Assembly: GCA_049970055.1 (NCBI GenBank)
Contig: JBMFNR010000001.1
Span: forward strand, 352,001-416,000
Direction of reading: 5' to 3'
Source: Fervidobacterium sp.
GTDB taxonomy: Bacteria > Thermotogota > Thermotogae > Thermotogales > Fervidobacteriaceae
Length of the DNA: 64,000 bases
Shown: positions 19,512-30,746 of the stretch, in pieces
How the letters are laid out: each line of letters opens with the position of its first letter
Position numbering within the stretch: position 1 is the first letter of the stretch
Notes under the pieces: generated by a model
The model's database searches: none
The model's input: only the letters and a program-made list of their open reading frames with translations
Told to the model about the DNA's origin: nothing
Position numbers and translations under genes: made by a program

Positions 19512-20045
19512 TTGATAGAAGTAATGATAACAAGTGATGAATTGAAAAAAAGAATAAGTCAAATGGGCAAAGAAATTACGCGGTACTATAAGGATAAAAC
19601 AGATACGTTGCATGCAGTATGTGTCTTGAAAGGTTCAATTCACTTTTTTAGTGAGCTTGTTCAGAATATAGATATGAATGTTGAATATTCTTTTATCCAA
19701 GTTTCAAGCTATTCTGGAGTATCTTCAACGGGAAGAATAAGGGTAAAAAGCTGGATTGATGAGCCCATCGAAAATAGACATGTCATAGTTGTTGAGGACA
19801 TTCTTGATACTGGTTTGACACTTTCTTATATTCTCGAATACCTCAGAAGATACCAACCTGCCGATTTAAAGGTTGTTACATTACTTAAAAAGTTAGGTAG
19901 GAACCCTCAGGTAATACCAGATTTCGTTGGATTCGAAATAGAAGATAGATTCGTTATAGGTTACGGTTTGGACTATAACGAGAAATATAGAAACCTTCCG
20001 TACATAGGTTGGGTTAAAGGGGACATAGAAGGAGATACAATATGA
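19512..20045 (+). CDS. hpt: hypoxanthine phosphoribosyltransferase
   Basis: VLKGS, VVEDILDTGLT, FVIGYGLDY..KYRNLPYI. Confidence 0.95.
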   Translation: MIEVMITSDELKKRISQMGKEITRYYKDKTDTLHAVCVLKGSIHFFSELVQNIDMNVEYSFIQVSSYSGVSSTGRIRVKSWIDEPIENRHVIVVEDILDTGLTLSYILEYLRRYQPADLKVVTLLKKLGRNPQVIPDFVGFEIEDRFVIGYGLDYNEKYRNLPYIGWVKGDIEGDTI

Positions 20046-21250
20046 AGAATTTCCTTTACGTCTTAGTTATAATCCTTGGCATAGCAGCCTCACTTGCGAT
20101 TTCAACTATATGGATAGAGTTGCTCATAAGGTTTTTCTTTACACCTACGGAAAATCCTATAAATATTCTCGTGCTTGGCCTTGACAAAGATATCTCTGGG
20201 ACAAGGCGAACTGATGTTATCTTAATTGCAAGTGTTGATCTTGATAAGCGAAAAATCCTTTTGTCAAGCATTCCGAGGGACTTAATAATAAATGGTGAGA
20301 AGATAAATTCCTATTATCAGAAAGAAGGTATAGATAACTTCAAAAAACGCATACAAAATCTTACCGGGATAGAAATTAAACGGTACTTGATTGTTGACTA
20401 TGACATATTCCAATTTCTTGGTGATGAGCTTGGCCCTATCGAAGTTTTCGTTGATAGACCCATGCATTACAAAGATGTGGCTCAAAACTTGGAGATAAAT
20501 TTCTCGCCGGGTTACTACAAAATGAATGGTAAACAGCTTCTTGCTTACTTAAGATTTAGAAAAACAGCCGAAGGAGATATAGGGCGGTTGGATAAACAAC
20601 GTGTAATTATTGAAAAACTTGCTCAAAAAGCTCTTCAAAAGAACGTACTTTCCCTTACAGCCCTTTACAAAGAAATTCGTAAAAGAACCCAGTTCAACGT
20701 AGACATCGGTGAGATGGTGTACATATATTCAAAAATAAGGAAAGGGTTTACTATCGATAATATTAACTTTCCGTTTTACATTGGTAACGATGGAAATTTA
20801 TACGTTGACGAAGCAAAAATTAACAAATACAGAGAATCGTTAAAGATGGGTGAGAAAAAGATAGAAGAAAGTTACAGATACTATGTGGTAAACAACACTT
20901 CAAAAAGAAACGCGAACATGCTACAGTTAATCGAGAAGGCTTTTGAAAATAAAGGTTATAAGCCAAATAAAATATTTTACGATGGAGTTGACGTGGATTT
21001 CAAGAAAAACACCGTTTTGATACTACGCAAGAACGAGGGGTTAAAATTGTACGTTGATAAGATGATAAAAACGATCTTTCCAGGGGAAGAATTTGATATC
21101 GTTTTCGTAGATGATAGTGTTAACTATGTTGCGAAATACCTATCGTTAATTGGTGAGTTAACGAGAAGTGGCAAGCAGGTTGTATTCCCGATAGACTTTA
21201 TAATTATATTGATTAATGACAAAACAATTTTCAATCTAAGTAATACATAA
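20042..21250 (+). CDS. LCP (LytR-CpsA-Psr) family protein
   Basis: N-terminal TM segment; RTDVILI, SIPRD, KINS, LRFR...GDIGR..Q. Confidence 0.9.
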   Translation: MKNFLYVLVIILGIAASLAISTIWIELLIRFFFTPTENPINILVLGLDKDISGTRRTDVILIASVDLDKRKILLSSIPRDLIINGEKINSYYQKEGIDNFKKRIQNLTGIEIKRYLIVDYDIFQFLGDELGPIEVFVDRPMHYKDVAQNLEINFSPGYYKMNGKQLLAYLRFRKTAEGDIGRLDKQRVIIEKLAQKALQKNVLSLTALYKEIRKRTQFNVDIGEMVYIYSKIRKGFTIDNINFPFYIGNDGNLYVDEAKINKYRESLKMGEKKIEESYRYYVVNNTSKRNANMLQLIEKAFENKGYKPNKIFYDGVDVDFKKNTVLILRKNEGLKLYVDKMIKTIFPGEEFDIVFVDDSVNYVAKYLSLIGELTRSGKQVVFPIDFIIILINDKTIFNLSNT

Positions 21251-21274
21251 TAAATCGGTGATAATCGATAAGGA

Positions 21275-21916
21275 GTGAATTATTTGAGTGTTCGTGGTAC
21301 TTTATTGATTTTCTCCCTACTTTTAATATTTGCATTTACGTTTATCAGTAGTTCTTACACATATGCGCAAGAAACTAACCCTGATTCTCAAACAACAGGG
21401 CAAAGTGTGTATGGGTTTATAGAAAAAATGGCTGGGAAGAGAAATTTTTTCATATCCGTCAGATTAGTATTCGATGTTTTAGATGGAAAGAAAAGGAAGG
21501 TCTTCACAGCAGATTTCGATATGAAAGTTAACAACCTTGAAGATTTTACGTTTTCATTCAAAAAACCGGAGACTCTTAATGGAATAGTTGTAAAATACAA
21601 TGTAATTACCAAAAAAACCGATTATACCTATAAAAACACAAAAATCTCTGAAAGTGTTAGAGCAGATGTGGGGCAGGTGGGTGGCATTTTACAGAACATA
21701 ACTGATTTTCTCTCGTCACCTCTTTTCGAGGCAAAAGAATACAAAAGTTACACAGAATTCAGACCAAAAAATTTTCAAATTCTTTCAAGATTTGGTGTTC
21801 AACCTATAATTGTGCGTCTTTATTTCCTTAATAATCTCCCACAAAAGATAGAGATATCGAATGATAAAACCGATGAGAAAGTTACTTTGTTTTTTGATAA
21901 GTTTCTCGTAGAGTAA
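21275..21916 (+). CDS. exported hypothetical protein, possibly LolA-like fold
   Basis: signal peptide, beta-rich; fold is a guess. Confidence 0.6.
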   Translation: MNYLSVRGTLLIFSLLLIFAFTFISSSYTYAQETNPDSQTTGQSVYGFIEKMAGKRNFFISVRLVFDVLDGKKRKVFTADFDMKVNNLEDFTFSFKKPETLNGIVVKYNVITKKTDYTYKNTKISESVRADVGQVGGILQNITDFLSSPLFEAKEYKSYTEFRPKNFQILSRFGVQPIIVRLYFLNNLPQKIEISNDKTDEKVTLFFDKFLVE

Positions 21917-21939
21917 ATACCTTCAAGGAGAGTGAACGC

Positions 21940-22449
21940 ATGAACAAAAGTGCGATAGTTTTTTTGTTTGTCGTTTTTATTTTTTTAACTTCCACATTTT
22001 CTTTTGTAAACATTGGTGCAGGGTACAGTTTTTCTAACGATAGTAACAACTGGCTACTGAGGATTGGATATGAAGAACAAATATTTTCTTTAACAGCCGA
22101 CTATGTTGTTAGTAATCTTTGGTATATAAGTGGTTTGATATCATTTTCAACAGAGATTGGATTAGGTGTAGGGCCGTTTTTTTGTGTCGTAAACGATTTA
22201 AAAAATACTTCGATAGCTACCAATTTCGGTGCATTTGTGGGTTACAGCTACAAAGAGCAACTTGAAATTAAGTTAATGCTAACTATAAATCCCCAACAGC
22301 CGTTTTCAATTGTGGATGCTACTAGCGCAAAAATTCGATTTTACGTGCCAGATCCACCGGGAATGAAGATGGCAGATAAATTGTACTTGGAAGCTAATTA
22401 TTCTAAACAAAGATTTTTCATAACAGTTGGTTTTCTTGAACCATTTTGA
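21940..22449 (+). CDS. exported beta-rich protein, possible small outer-membrane barrel
   Basis: signal peptide, alternating Gly/aromatic strands, terminal Phe. Confidence 0.6.
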   Translation: MNKSAIVFLFVVFIFLTSTFSFVNIGAGYSFSNDSNNWLLRIGYEEQIFSLTADYVVSNLWYISGLISFSTEIGLGVGPFFCVVNDLKNTSIATNFGAFVGYSYKEQLEIKLMLTINPQQPFSIVDATSAKIRFYVPDPPGMKMADKLYLEANYSKQRFFITVGFLEPF

Positions 22450-22504
22450 TTATCGATACTTGGTCTAAAGACAATATAGGACCGATTTAAAGATGATTTA
22501 GCTC

Positions 22505-22533
22505 TTGCATGATTAATCGAGTTATGGTATTAT
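22505..22533 (+). promoter_or_regulatory. sigma70-type promoter of tRNA-Leu
   Basis: TTGCAT-17bp-TATTAT with extended TG. Confidence 0.7.
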
Positions 22534-22566
22534 ACTCAATGATAAAGACATATTTTAACCCAGTTA

Positions 22567-22651
22567 GCCGAGGTGGCGGAATTGGCAGACGCGCATGACT
22601 CAGGATCATGTGGGGTAACCCGTGCGGGTTCAAGTCCCGCCCTCGGCACCA
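22567..22651 (+). tRNA. tRNA-Leu(CAG)
   Basis: GCCGAGG/CCTCGGC acceptor stem, CATGA-CT-CAG-GA-TCATG anticodon arm, long variable arm, GTTCAAG T-loop, encoded CCA. Confidence 0.97.
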
Positions 22652-22681
22652 GATCTTAAGGTTGCAAGTTTATCATCGAAA

Positions 22682-22706
22682 GGGTCGGATATCCGACCCA
22701 TTTTTT
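22682..22706 (+). terminator. intrinsic terminator after the tRNA
   Basis: GGGTCGGATATCCGACCC hairpin followed by a T tract. Confidence 0.8.
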
Positions 22707-22787
22707 GTAAACCTTTTGCAGGATTAATCACTATAATTAAAAAATGAGAAAATATGATAAACTTTAATAAACTTTGGCGGTGACATT

Positions 22788-23519
22788 GTGGAAAAGGTTT
22801 TCTTTTACTCGTATCCATTGATTTGTGGAAAAGTAGAAGAGCTTCACAAATATCTTCTTACATCCATACAGGAAGGTAAAAAGCTTTTTGTTGTAACGCT
22901 GAACAGTCAAATTTTTCTACGTGCTCAACAATTGCCAGATTACGATGAAGCTTTAAAACACGCAACATTACACCTTCCCGATGGTTCGGGAGTCGTTTGG
23001 GCTGTTAAAAAACATTGTAAGATAAATACAGATAGAGTACCTGGTATCGATACAATGATATACCTTTGCAATGAATCAAAAAAGCATAATTGGAAAGTAT
23101 ATTTACTTGGTGCGAAGCCTGATGTCGTGAAAAAAGCTGCACAGAGACTTAAAGAAAGTGGAGTTAATATTGTAGGTTACCATCATGGATACTTTGAAGA
23201 CCAAACGCCAGCAAAAGAGATAACAAAATTGAAGCCCGACTTACTTTTCGTAGGCATGGGCGCGCCAAGACAAGAACTTTGGATATTTCAACATATAGAT
23301 CTACCGTTTAAGCTTGCAATGGGTGTTGGTGGCAGTTTCGATGTTATAGCAGGTGTTAAGAAAAGGGCACCCACGCTTTTTCAAAAACTCAGACTGGAGT
23401 GGTTTTACAGATGGATTACAGAGCCTGTTTCACGTGCTCGAGTTCCAATTGATGTAATGAAATTTTTTTTCAAGGTGGTCATTGATGGAAAAAATGGAAA
23501 TTGTAAGAAAGTACATTGA
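22788..23519 (+). CDS. WecB/TagA/CpsF glycosyltransferase
   Basis: PDGSGVVW, RVPGID, FVGMGAPRQE, GVGGSFD, LEWFYR. Confidence 0.92.
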   Translation: MEKVFFYSYPLICGKVEELHKYLLTSIQEGKKLFVVTLNSQIFLRAQQLPDYDEALKHATLHLPDGSGVVWAVKKHCKINTDRVPGIDTMIYLCNESKKHNWKVYLLGAKPDVVKKAAQRLKESGVNIVGYHHGYFEDQTPAKEITKLKPDLLFVGMGAPRQELWIFQHIDLPFKLAMGVGGSFDVIAGVKKRAPTLFQKLRLEWFYRWITEPVSRARVPIDVMKFFFKVVIDGKNGNCKKVH

Positions 23520-24126
23520 GAAGATAATAAATTCGCCTATCAACATGACTGCTTATAAGACAACTGAAGAAGGATATTCTTTTTTGTACCTCGACTCCGT
23601 CTTACCTGTTAAAAGAGAAGATCTTGGAGCACTTTTTTTAGATGTTGGTACAGGTGGCGGTGTACCCGGTGTTTTCTTAGCCTTGGAATTTAACACTAAT
23701 GCAATATTGATAGATAGTATCTGTAAAAAGGTGACCTACGTAGATCAAGTGTGTCGTGAGCTTGGGATAGAGAACGTGAAATTAATATGTACTAGGGCTG
23801 AAGAACTCAAGACAAAAGGTGACTTTTTTGAAAAATTTGATAGTGCTACGAGCCGGGCTGTTTCAAAAATAGCAACCGTTCTTGAATTAACGGCACCATA
23901 TGTGAAAATCGGTGGAAAGATTTTGCTCTATAAAGGTCCAGGTTACGCGGAAGAGCTTGGGCAAGCGGTTAGTGCGATGAAAGAACTCGGTGTTAAATTA
24001 TCAGATGTGAGAAAGTACTCAATCCTAGGTAAAGATAGATTCTTGCTTGTTTTTCAAAAGGTATCACACACGCCTGAGAAGTATCCAAGAAAAGTGGGTA
24101 TTCCAGAGAAAAGGCCGATAAGATAG
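23485..24126 (+). CDS. rsmG: 16S rRNA m7G527 methyltransferase
   Basis: LDVGTGGGVPG, RAEE, SRAV, YPRKVGIP. Confidence 0.9.
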   Translation: MEKMEIVRKYIEKIINSPINMTAYKTTEEGYSFLYLDSVLPVKREDLGALFLDVGTGGGVPGVFLALEFNTNAILIDSICKKVTYVDQVCRELGIENVKLICTRAEELKTKGDFFEKFDSATSRAVSKIATVLELTAPYVKIGGKILLYKGPGYAEELGQAVSAMKELGVKLSDVRKYSILGKDRFLLVFQKVSHTPEKYPRKVGIPEKRPIR

Positions 24127-24157
24127 ATGGATGTAGAATGGGGAGGTTGGCATTATC

Positions 24158-25270
24158 ATGGATAAACTTAGAGTGGCGTTAATTGGATGTGGTAGAATAG
24201 GTTCCTCAAAACACTTAGAAGCAATGATTAAAAATGCGGACGTACTTGAAGTTGTGGCTTTTTGCGATGTTGTTCAGTCAAAAGCCCAATCTTGTGCAGA
24301 AAAGCTAGAAAAAACATTGGGATACCGACCAAAGGTGTACAGCGATTACAAAGAAATGCTAGACTTCGAAGGGATTGATTTTGTTGCAATAGCTACGGAA
24401 AGTGGTTATCATTATGATATAAGTATGGATGCGTTGCAAAAAGGGATACACGTGCTAGTTGAAAAGCCAATGGCACTCTCTACAAATCATATCGACAAAA
24501 TGGTAAAGATAGCGAAAGAAAAGAACTTAAAACTAGGTGTGTGTTTTCAAAATAGATTTAACCCACCGATAGTTGAACTGAGAAAGAAAGTAGAACAAAA
24601 TGCATTTACAAAGATTAACTACGGCGTGGCAAGTATCAGATGGAATAGAGATAGAAACTATTACCATCAGGCACCTTGGAGAGGGACATGGAGGTTAGAT
24701 GGTGGTTCGCTTATGAACCAATGCACTCACAACATAGACTTACTTCAATGGATGCTTGGCGGTGAAGTTGACGAGGTGTACGGTGTAATTAGGAATTTTC
24801 AGCACCCTTACATCGAAGCTGAAGACTTTGGTGGAGCTATCGTAAAGTTTAAAAATGGTAGTATAGGTATAATTGAAGGAACTTCGGCAATCTATCCTAA
24901 AAACCTTGAAGAAACACTTTCGATTTTTGGTGAAAGTGGAACAGTTGTGATAGGGGGGCTTGCTGTTAATAGAATAAAAGTCTGGAAATTTCCTGACGAA
25001 GATTCACATCCATTTATGGATCTTCCCGATCCTGACACAGTTTATGGTTCAGGACACGTTCCACTTTACAGAGATTTTTATGAAGCTATTGTGAACGATA
25101 GAGATCCAAAGATTCCAGGAGAGGAAGGTAGTAAAGCAGTTAAGATAGTTTTGGCAATTTACAAATCAGCTCTTGAGAATAAACCAGTGAAATTTCCATT
25201 TGAATTTGGCACCGAAGATATGGAGGGATTTTTCGAGAATACAAAACATCAAACGTCAGATAAACGATAA
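24158..25270 (+). CDS. Gfo/Idh/MocA oxidoreductase, WbpB/WlbA-like nucleotide-sugar dehydrogenase
   Basis: IGCGRIG, VEKPMA, QNRFN, WRGTW..DGG.LMNQ..H.IDLL. Confidence 0.85.
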   Translation: MDKLRVALIGCGRIGSSKHLEAMIKNADVLEVVAFCDVVQSKAQSCAEKLEKTLGYRPKVYSDYKEMLDFEGIDFVAIATESGYHYDISMDALQKGIHVLVEKPMALSTNHIDKMVKIAKEKNLKLGVCFQNRFNPPIVELRKKVEQNAFTKINYGVASIRWNRDRNYYHQAPWRGTWRLDGGSLMNQCTHNIDLLQWMLGGEVDEVYGVIRNFQHPYIEAEDFGGAIVKFKNGSIGIIEGTSAIYPKNLEETLSIFGESGTVVIGGLAVNRIKVWKFPDEDSHPFMDLPDPDTVYGSGHVPLYRDFYEAIVNDRDPKIPGEEGSKAVKIVLAIYKSALENKPVKFPFEFGTEDMEGFFENTKHQTSDKR

Positions 25271-25306
25271 CTAAAGAACAAATAAAATGACGGATGGGGT
25301 GAAATA

Positions 25307-25681
25307 ATGCTATGTGTTGTAAAAGAATTTACTTTTGATGCAGCACATAACCTTGTGAAATATCATGGTAAATGTGAAAAGCTCCATGGACACACTTATA
25401 AACTACAAGTGGTAGTGTGTGGAGAGAAGGATGAAGAAGGTATGGTAATAGATTTTATCGAAATGAAAAGGATAGTACAAGAAGAAGTGCTAAGCTTTTT
25501 GGATCATTCATATATAAACGATATAATTAGCCAGCCAAGTGCGGAAAACATTGCCGAGTGGATTTGGAATAGGCTTGAAGAAAAACTCACAACGGGCAGA
25601 TACAAACTTTCCGAAATCAGACTTTGGGAAACCCCAACCTCTTTTGTGATATATAGGAAAGATGGAAATATTAAAAAATAA
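25307..25681 (+). CDS. queD: 6-carboxytetrahydropterin synthase
   Basis: FDAAH...CEKLHGHTY...DF...LDH..PSAENIA...LWETPT. Confidence 0.92.
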   Translation: MLCVVKEFTFDAAHNLVKYHGKCEKLHGHTYKLQVVVCGEKDEEGMVIDFIEMKRIVQEEVLSFLDHSYINDIISQPSAENIAEWIWNRLEEKLTTGRYKLSEIRLWETPTSFVIYRKDGNIKK

Positions 25682-25684
25682 AAT

Positions 25685-25708
25685 AAAGCGCCCTTGGGGG
25701 CGCTTTTT
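25685..25708. terminator. bidirectional terminator between convergent queD and rpoC
   Basis: AAAGCGCCC-TTGG-GGGCGCTTT flanked by A and T tracts. Confidence 0.85.
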
Positions 25709-25736
25709 ATTTTACAGTGTGCATACTTACAGGTAA

Positions 25737-28700
25737 TTATGCGAGCTTTTCTTTTTCTTCTTTTGCTAATCTTGGCGATTCTTCATATTGAACTGCTGCA
25801 AAAACATCAAATCCAGTTCCAGCTGGTATAAGTTGTCCAACTATAACGTTTTCTTTCAAACCTTTGAGGTAATCAATTGCACCTTTTATAGCAGCATCTG
25901 TTAATACCTGTTGTGTTTGCTGGAAGCTTGCGGCGCTCAACCAACCCTCGTATTCAAGAGATGCTTGCGTGATTCTAAGTAGTCTTCTTCTATACTTTAC
26001 CGTTTCCTTTGGCAAGATTTGGTATACCTCTTTCTCGTTTCTAGCAACTTTCACAGTAACGTCTTTTATTCCGTGTTCAATTAACTGTTCTAAAAGTTCT
26101 TCCGTAATTTCTTCTCCTTCCGCTGCAAGCTCTACAATTTCTCCGTTTTCAGCTTTTACGATTACGTGTTTGGCGAGTTCCCTTCCAATTACTTTCTTCC
26201 TGTTCTGTTCAACTTTTGCATTGCCTTCCATTATCTCTTTGTTTATTTTGTTGATCACGTTAATTGGCACGAGTTCACCAGGTAATAAGTGTGTATCCCC
26301 AGAATCAACAACCTCGACTTTATTGAGCATCTGTCTTATTATTAACTCAAAATGTTTGTCATGGATATCGACACCTTGTTGTACATAAACTCTCTTTATT
26401 TCTTTTAACAAGTACGTTGCTGTTTCTTCCGGCCCAAGTTCTTCCAGTATCTTTCTGACTTTCAAAGAACCACTCGTTAGGGATTGGCCAGGGAGTACTT
26501 TTTGTCCAACAGATACGTTGACTCTAACCCTTAATGGAACTTCATACTCGTGAATTGTTCCAAGCTCGTCTTGTATATAAATTTTCTTTGGTTCATCGTT
26601 TGATATATCTACAACAACACCTTTAACTTTAGAGAATATTCCCTCTGGATCTTTTGTCTTTTTCCTTGCTTCGAACAACTCTTCTACTCTTGGCAAACCT
26701 TGTGTAATGTCTGCTGTTGTTGCGATACCACCTGTATGGAATGTACGCATTGTCAACTGTGTTCCTGGTTCACCTATTGATTGAGCAGCAATAATACCAA
26801 CGGACTCACCAACGGTAACAATTTTGTGGTTCGATAAATCAAGACCATAGCATTTTGCACATACCCCGTTCTCTGACTCACAAGTAAGTACGGATCTAAC
26901 ATAAATTTCTGGTCTTACATATACGCTCTCAATATTGTTTTCTTCAAGTAATTTTGCAAGTGCGACATCAACTTGTTCCTCTTGTACAGCGATTTGCATT
27001 TTCTTATTCTTATCCCATACAACTTCTTCCGATACGACCGCTCCAACGATTGGGTAAAGCTTAATCTTTACTGCGCTTATACCGGCTTCTCTTAATTTTC
27101 TTACTACTTCCCAATCTATCTCTGTTTCAGAAGGTATTACTTCACTTCCGGTGTTAACATCTTCTGCAAGTTCTGCGTAGACTTCCGGAATGTTACCTGA
27201 ATTCAAATTAAGTATACTTTCCTCTACAACATTTACTCTCTTTTTATAGTTTGATAGGAATTTGGCATCTTCATCGAGTATCACAGTATCCCTGATGTAT
27301 GGCTTATTTGTCTCAGGGTTAACAAGTACATTTCCAGTACCTGGTTCGTAAATATCTTTTGCAAGTACTCTCCCAAAAATAAAATCTTCAAGCTTTTCGA
27401 CAACAAAATTATCAGAACTCTTGAGTAGTGCTGCTCGTACACCTTCGTGAGTCCCACAGTCAGGTTCCGTTACAATAACACTTTGAACAACATCTACAAG
27501 CCTTCTTGTGAGGTATCCAGCAGAACTTGTTCTCAACGCTGTGTCAGCAGAACCTTTTCTTGCACCGTGTGTACTGATGAAAAATTCAAGAACTGACAGA
27601 CCTTCACGGAAGTTTGACGTAATTGGTATTTCAATCGTTCTTCCCGATGGGTCAGCCATAAGTCCCCTCATACCGGATAACTGCTTCAACTGGTCTTTGT
27701 TACCCCTAGCACCTGAGTCTACCATTATGTAAACTGGGTTGAATGGATTTTCACCAAGGTACCGATATGTTTCCTCTTGAACCAAATTCGTTGCTTCAGT
27801 CCAGATTTTAATTGTCTCTTTATACTTTTCTTCATCGCTTAATAGACCTTCATCATACAATTTTTCGATGTACTCGATCTTTTTTAACGCATCCGATATG
27901 ATTTCATTTTTCTTAGGTGAAATCATGAAGTCTTTAAGACTAATAGTAAGCCCAGAGACAGTTGCGTAGTGGAATCCAAGGTCCTTTATACTATCAAGCA
28001 AATCAGCTGTTCTATCGATACCGTGTGTTTTAAATGTCTTGTAAACAACATCCTTTATTCCATTCTTTCCGAACGTTTTATTGTAATCTCTTAGTTCTTC
28101 TGGTACGATGCTGTTGAATATGACTCTTCCAAACGTAGTTTTAATAGGCTTATCATTAATCTTCACAACTATTGGTTCATGTAATTTAATAAAACCAAAT
28201 TCGTAAGCAATTTCAGCCTCTTCTGCTGAGGCAAATTTCCATTTTATATCTTCAACCTGAACTTTTTCGTAATTTTTATCCACCATCGTCAGATAGTACA
28301 CACCCGCTACAATATCTTTTCCAGGCATAGATATTGGCTTACCATGCGCTGGCGATATTATGTTGTATCTTGAAAGCATCAGCAACCTTGCTTCAGCCTG
28401 TGCAGCGGGCGATAACGGTAGATGGACGGCCATTTGGTCTCCATCGAAGTCAGCATTGAACGGCGGACAGACTAACGGATGCAATTGTATCGCATTTCCT
28501 TCTATAAGTTTTGGTTCAAACGCTTGAATTGACATTCTGTGAAGCGTTGGAGCTCTGTTCAGCAACACAACCCTGCCTTGAATCACCTTTTCAAGCTTTT
28601 CCCATGCTTTCGGGTCTTCCCTTTGGAGCTCTTTTCTGTATTTCTTTACCTTTGTCTGTGTTGCTTCAACGTTTTCTTCTTTTGAAAGTTCCGCAATAAC

Positions 28701-30689
28701 GAAGGGCTCGAATAGTTCGAGAGCCATCTTCTTTGGCAAACCACATTCATGTATTTTTAAATGAGGCCCAACAACGATAACTGCACGACCTGAGTAATCC
28801 ACACGTTTACCAAGGAGGTTTCTTCTAAATCTTCCCTTTTTTCCTCTTATAAGATCAGTTAAAGATTTCAAAGGCCTTCCGTTCCTATCAACATATGCTT
28901 TACCAATTTTTCCATTGAATATAAGGTTATCTACAGCTTCTTGTAGCATTCTTTTTTCGTTTCTTATTATAACCTCTGGAGCATTCATTTCTAGGAGCTT
29001 TTTAAGCCTATTATTTCTCATTATAACTCTTCTGTAAAGGTCATTTAGGTCCGTTGTTGCAAATCTTCCACCATCTATTTGAATCATTGGTCTTATTTCA
29101 GGGGGTACAACTGGTAGTACTTCAAGTACCATCCATTCGGGTTTAGTTTCACTATTTATCATATCTTTGACGATATTCAACTTTTTAAGAAGTTTCTTAG
29201 CTTTGACACTACTTTTTGGTATATTTTTTAGTTCCGATTCAATCTCGGCTTTTAATATTTCAAGATCAATCTGTTCAAGCAATTTCTTAACTGCCATTGC
29301 ACCAGTTTCCGCCTCGATTTTTCCCGGGTATATCATTGAATAAGCTTCGTAATCTTGTTGTGTGATTACTTGACCTTTCATGATTCCTGTTTCTTCCGAA
29401 ACTTCTGGATCTATGCTCGTTACGACCATTATTGGTTTGTCATTTTCTATTTGCTCCTCAACAATAAACATACCAGGATAATGTTCACTAAATAACTTGT
29501 ATTCTTCAAGAGTTAATTTCTCTTCCTCGAACAAGAATCTGTCAGCAAGTGTACTACCTTCATTAACTACTTCTCCATCTTGAACGTAAATCCAGGCACC
29601 TTCAAAAACTGGATACTGCTTCATTTGTTCGACATTTTCTATATAGATCGAACCTGTTGTCAAAACCTCGTAGAGTCCATTTTCCGTTGGTCGTAAATTA
29701 AGTTGTTTACTAAACCTCAATGTACCTGATGAAGGAGCTATTACACTGTGTAGCACCGACTCGGTTGTTAATTGTTGCCCCTTCTTTATCTTTTCACCGT
29801 TTCTTACAAGCGCCCTCACACCATATGGTAGTGAAAACGTTATTGGGGTGTTTTTACTTGTTGGAAGTGGATTCACTGTTATAGTCTCGGAGATTTCATC
29901 TACTTCTACAGTCCCATCGAATGGAGCAAAAATGGCTTCGATTCTTTTTTCAGAGACTATTTCATCACCTTGGTTGACATAGTCTCCATCTTTGAAATTA
30001 AGTATCATACCAGAATAAACTTTAAGCTCCACTCTCTTCACATTTCTAACAATTATCCAATATAAATCTCTATCCGTGTGCGTTTTTTCATGCTTCACAT
30101 GGACTTCCCCACTAATTTCGGAAACAAGCGGTGTCCTTGGTTCTTTTACAATGTAAGCAGGTGAAACTTCGAAGTTCCATTTTTTTGTGTATATTTCATA
30201 TTCTGTTTGATTAAGAATAGCACCTTTCATAAAAGGTGTATCTTTTGGATCCGTAACAATGACAACACGTTCGTTAACACGTCTGCTTCCAAAATAAACT
30301 ATGTTTTCTATATCTTTTACAGTCATGTCCAAAAGAGTTGCTATAACACTCGGTGAATTTTTAAGATACCAAACATGAGTAACTGGGGCGGCAAGTTCAA
30401 TATGACCGAATCTTCTTCTTCTTGCATCTTTTGATTCAACTCTAACACCACATTTTTCGCATACAGTACCTTCGTGTTTCTTACCGCTATATTTTCCACA
30501 AGCACATTCGTAATCTTTTACAGGTCCAAATATCCTTTCACAAAAGAGCCCGTCCCTTTCTGGCTTAAAGGTACGATAATTTATTGTTTCTGCTTTTTTC
30601 ACTTCACCACTTGACCAACTCCTGATCACCTCAGGTGAAGCTACTCTAACCTTTACATTTGCGATCTTTCTTTTGAAAGAAGAAGCCAT
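25737..30689 (-). CDS. rpoC: RNA polymerase beta' subunit with large insertions
   Basis: zinc-finger Cys, NADFDGD catalytic motif, [23 protein letters not shown]. Confidence 0.99.
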   Translation of the reverse strand: MASSFKRKIANVKVRVASPEVIRSWSSGEVKKAETINYRTFKPERDGLFCERIFGPVKDYECACGKYSGKKHEGTVCEKCGVRVESKDARRRRFGHIELAAPVTHVWYLKNSPSVIATLLDMTVKDIENIVYFGSRRVNERVVIVTDPKDTPFMKGAILNQTEYEIYTKKWNFEVSPAYIVKEPRTPLVSEISGEVHVKHEKTHTDRDLYWIIVRNVKRVELKVYSGMILNFKDGDYVNQGDEIVSEKRIEAIFAPFDGTVEVDEISETITVNPLPTSKNTPITFSLPYGVRALVRNGEKIKKGQQLTTESVLHSVIAPSSGTLRFSKQLNLRPTENGLYEVLTTGSIYIENVEQMKQYPVFEGAWIYVQDGEVVNEGSTLADRFLFEEEKLTLEEYKLFSEHYPGMFIVEEQIENDKPIMVVTSIDPEVSEETGIMKGQVITQQDYEAYSMIYPGKIEAETGAMAVKKLLEQIDLEILKAEIESELKNIPKSSVKAKKLLKKLNIVKDMINSETKPEWMVLEVLPVVPPEIRPMIQIDGGRFATTDLNDLYRRVIMRNNRLKKLLEMNAPEVIIRNEKRMLQEAVDNLIFNGKIGKAYVDRNGRPLKSLTDLIRGKKGRFRRNLLGKRVDYSGRAVIVVGPHLKIHECGLPKKMALELFEPFVIAELSKEENVEATQTKVKKYRKELQREDPKAWEKLEKVIQGRVVLLNRAPTLHRMSIQAFEPKLIEGNAIQLHPLVCPPFNADFDGDQMAVHLPLSPAAQAEARLLMLSRYNIISPAHGKPISMPGKDIVAGVYYLTMVDKNYEKVQVEDIKWKFASAEEAEIAYEFGFIKLHEPIVVKINDKPIKTTFGRVIFNSIVPEELRDYNKTFGKNGIKDVVYKTFKTHGIDRTADLLDSIKDLGFHYATVSGLTISLKDFMISPKKNEIISDALKKIEYIEKLYDEGLLSDEEKYKETIKIWTEATNLVQEETYRYLGENPFNPVYIMVDSGARGNKDQLKQLSGMRGLMADPSGRTIEIPITSNFREGLSVLEFFISTHGARKGSADTALRTSSAGYLTRRLVDVVQSVIVTEPDCGTHEGVRAALLKSSDNFVVEKLEDFIFGRVLAKDIYEPGTGNVLVNPETNKPYIRDTVILDEDAKFLSNYKKRVNVVEESILNLNSGNIPEVYAELAEDVNTGSEVIPSETEIDWEVVRKLREAGISAVKIKLYPIVGAVVSEEVVWDKNKKMQIAVQEEQVDVALAKLLEENNIESVYVRPEIYVRSVLTCESENGVCAKCYGLDLSNHKIVTVGESVGIIAAQSIGEPGTQLTMRTFHTGGIATTADITQGLPRVEELFEARKKTKDPEGIFSKVKGVVVDISNDEPKKIYIQDELGTIHEYEVPLRVRVNVSVGQKVLPGQSLTSGSLKVRKILEELGPEETATYLLKEIKRVYVQQGVDIHDKHFELIIRQMLNKVEVVDSGDTHLLPGELVPINVINKINKEIMEGNAKVEQNRKKVIGRELAKHVIVKAENGEIVELAAEGEEITEELLEQLIEHGIKDVTVKVARNEKEVYQILPKETVKYRRRLLRITQASLEYEGWLSAASFQQTQQVLTDAAIKGAIDYLKGLKENVIVGQLIPAGTGFDVFAAVQYEESPRLAKEEKEKLA

Positions 30690-30746
30690 TCAGTTTCCCT
30701 CCTCTTAACGTCGGGCAATTAACCATTCTATCGGGTTTATAAAAAC

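Noticed and set aside
22567..22790. tRNA-Leu as an integration site
   Set aside because: No integrase, no duplicated tRNA 3' end, and housekeeping genes on both sides
23426..23441. parS-like TGTTTCACGTGCTCGA near rsmG
   Set aside because: The right half has several mismatches to TGTTTCACGTGAAACA; single copy inside a CDS
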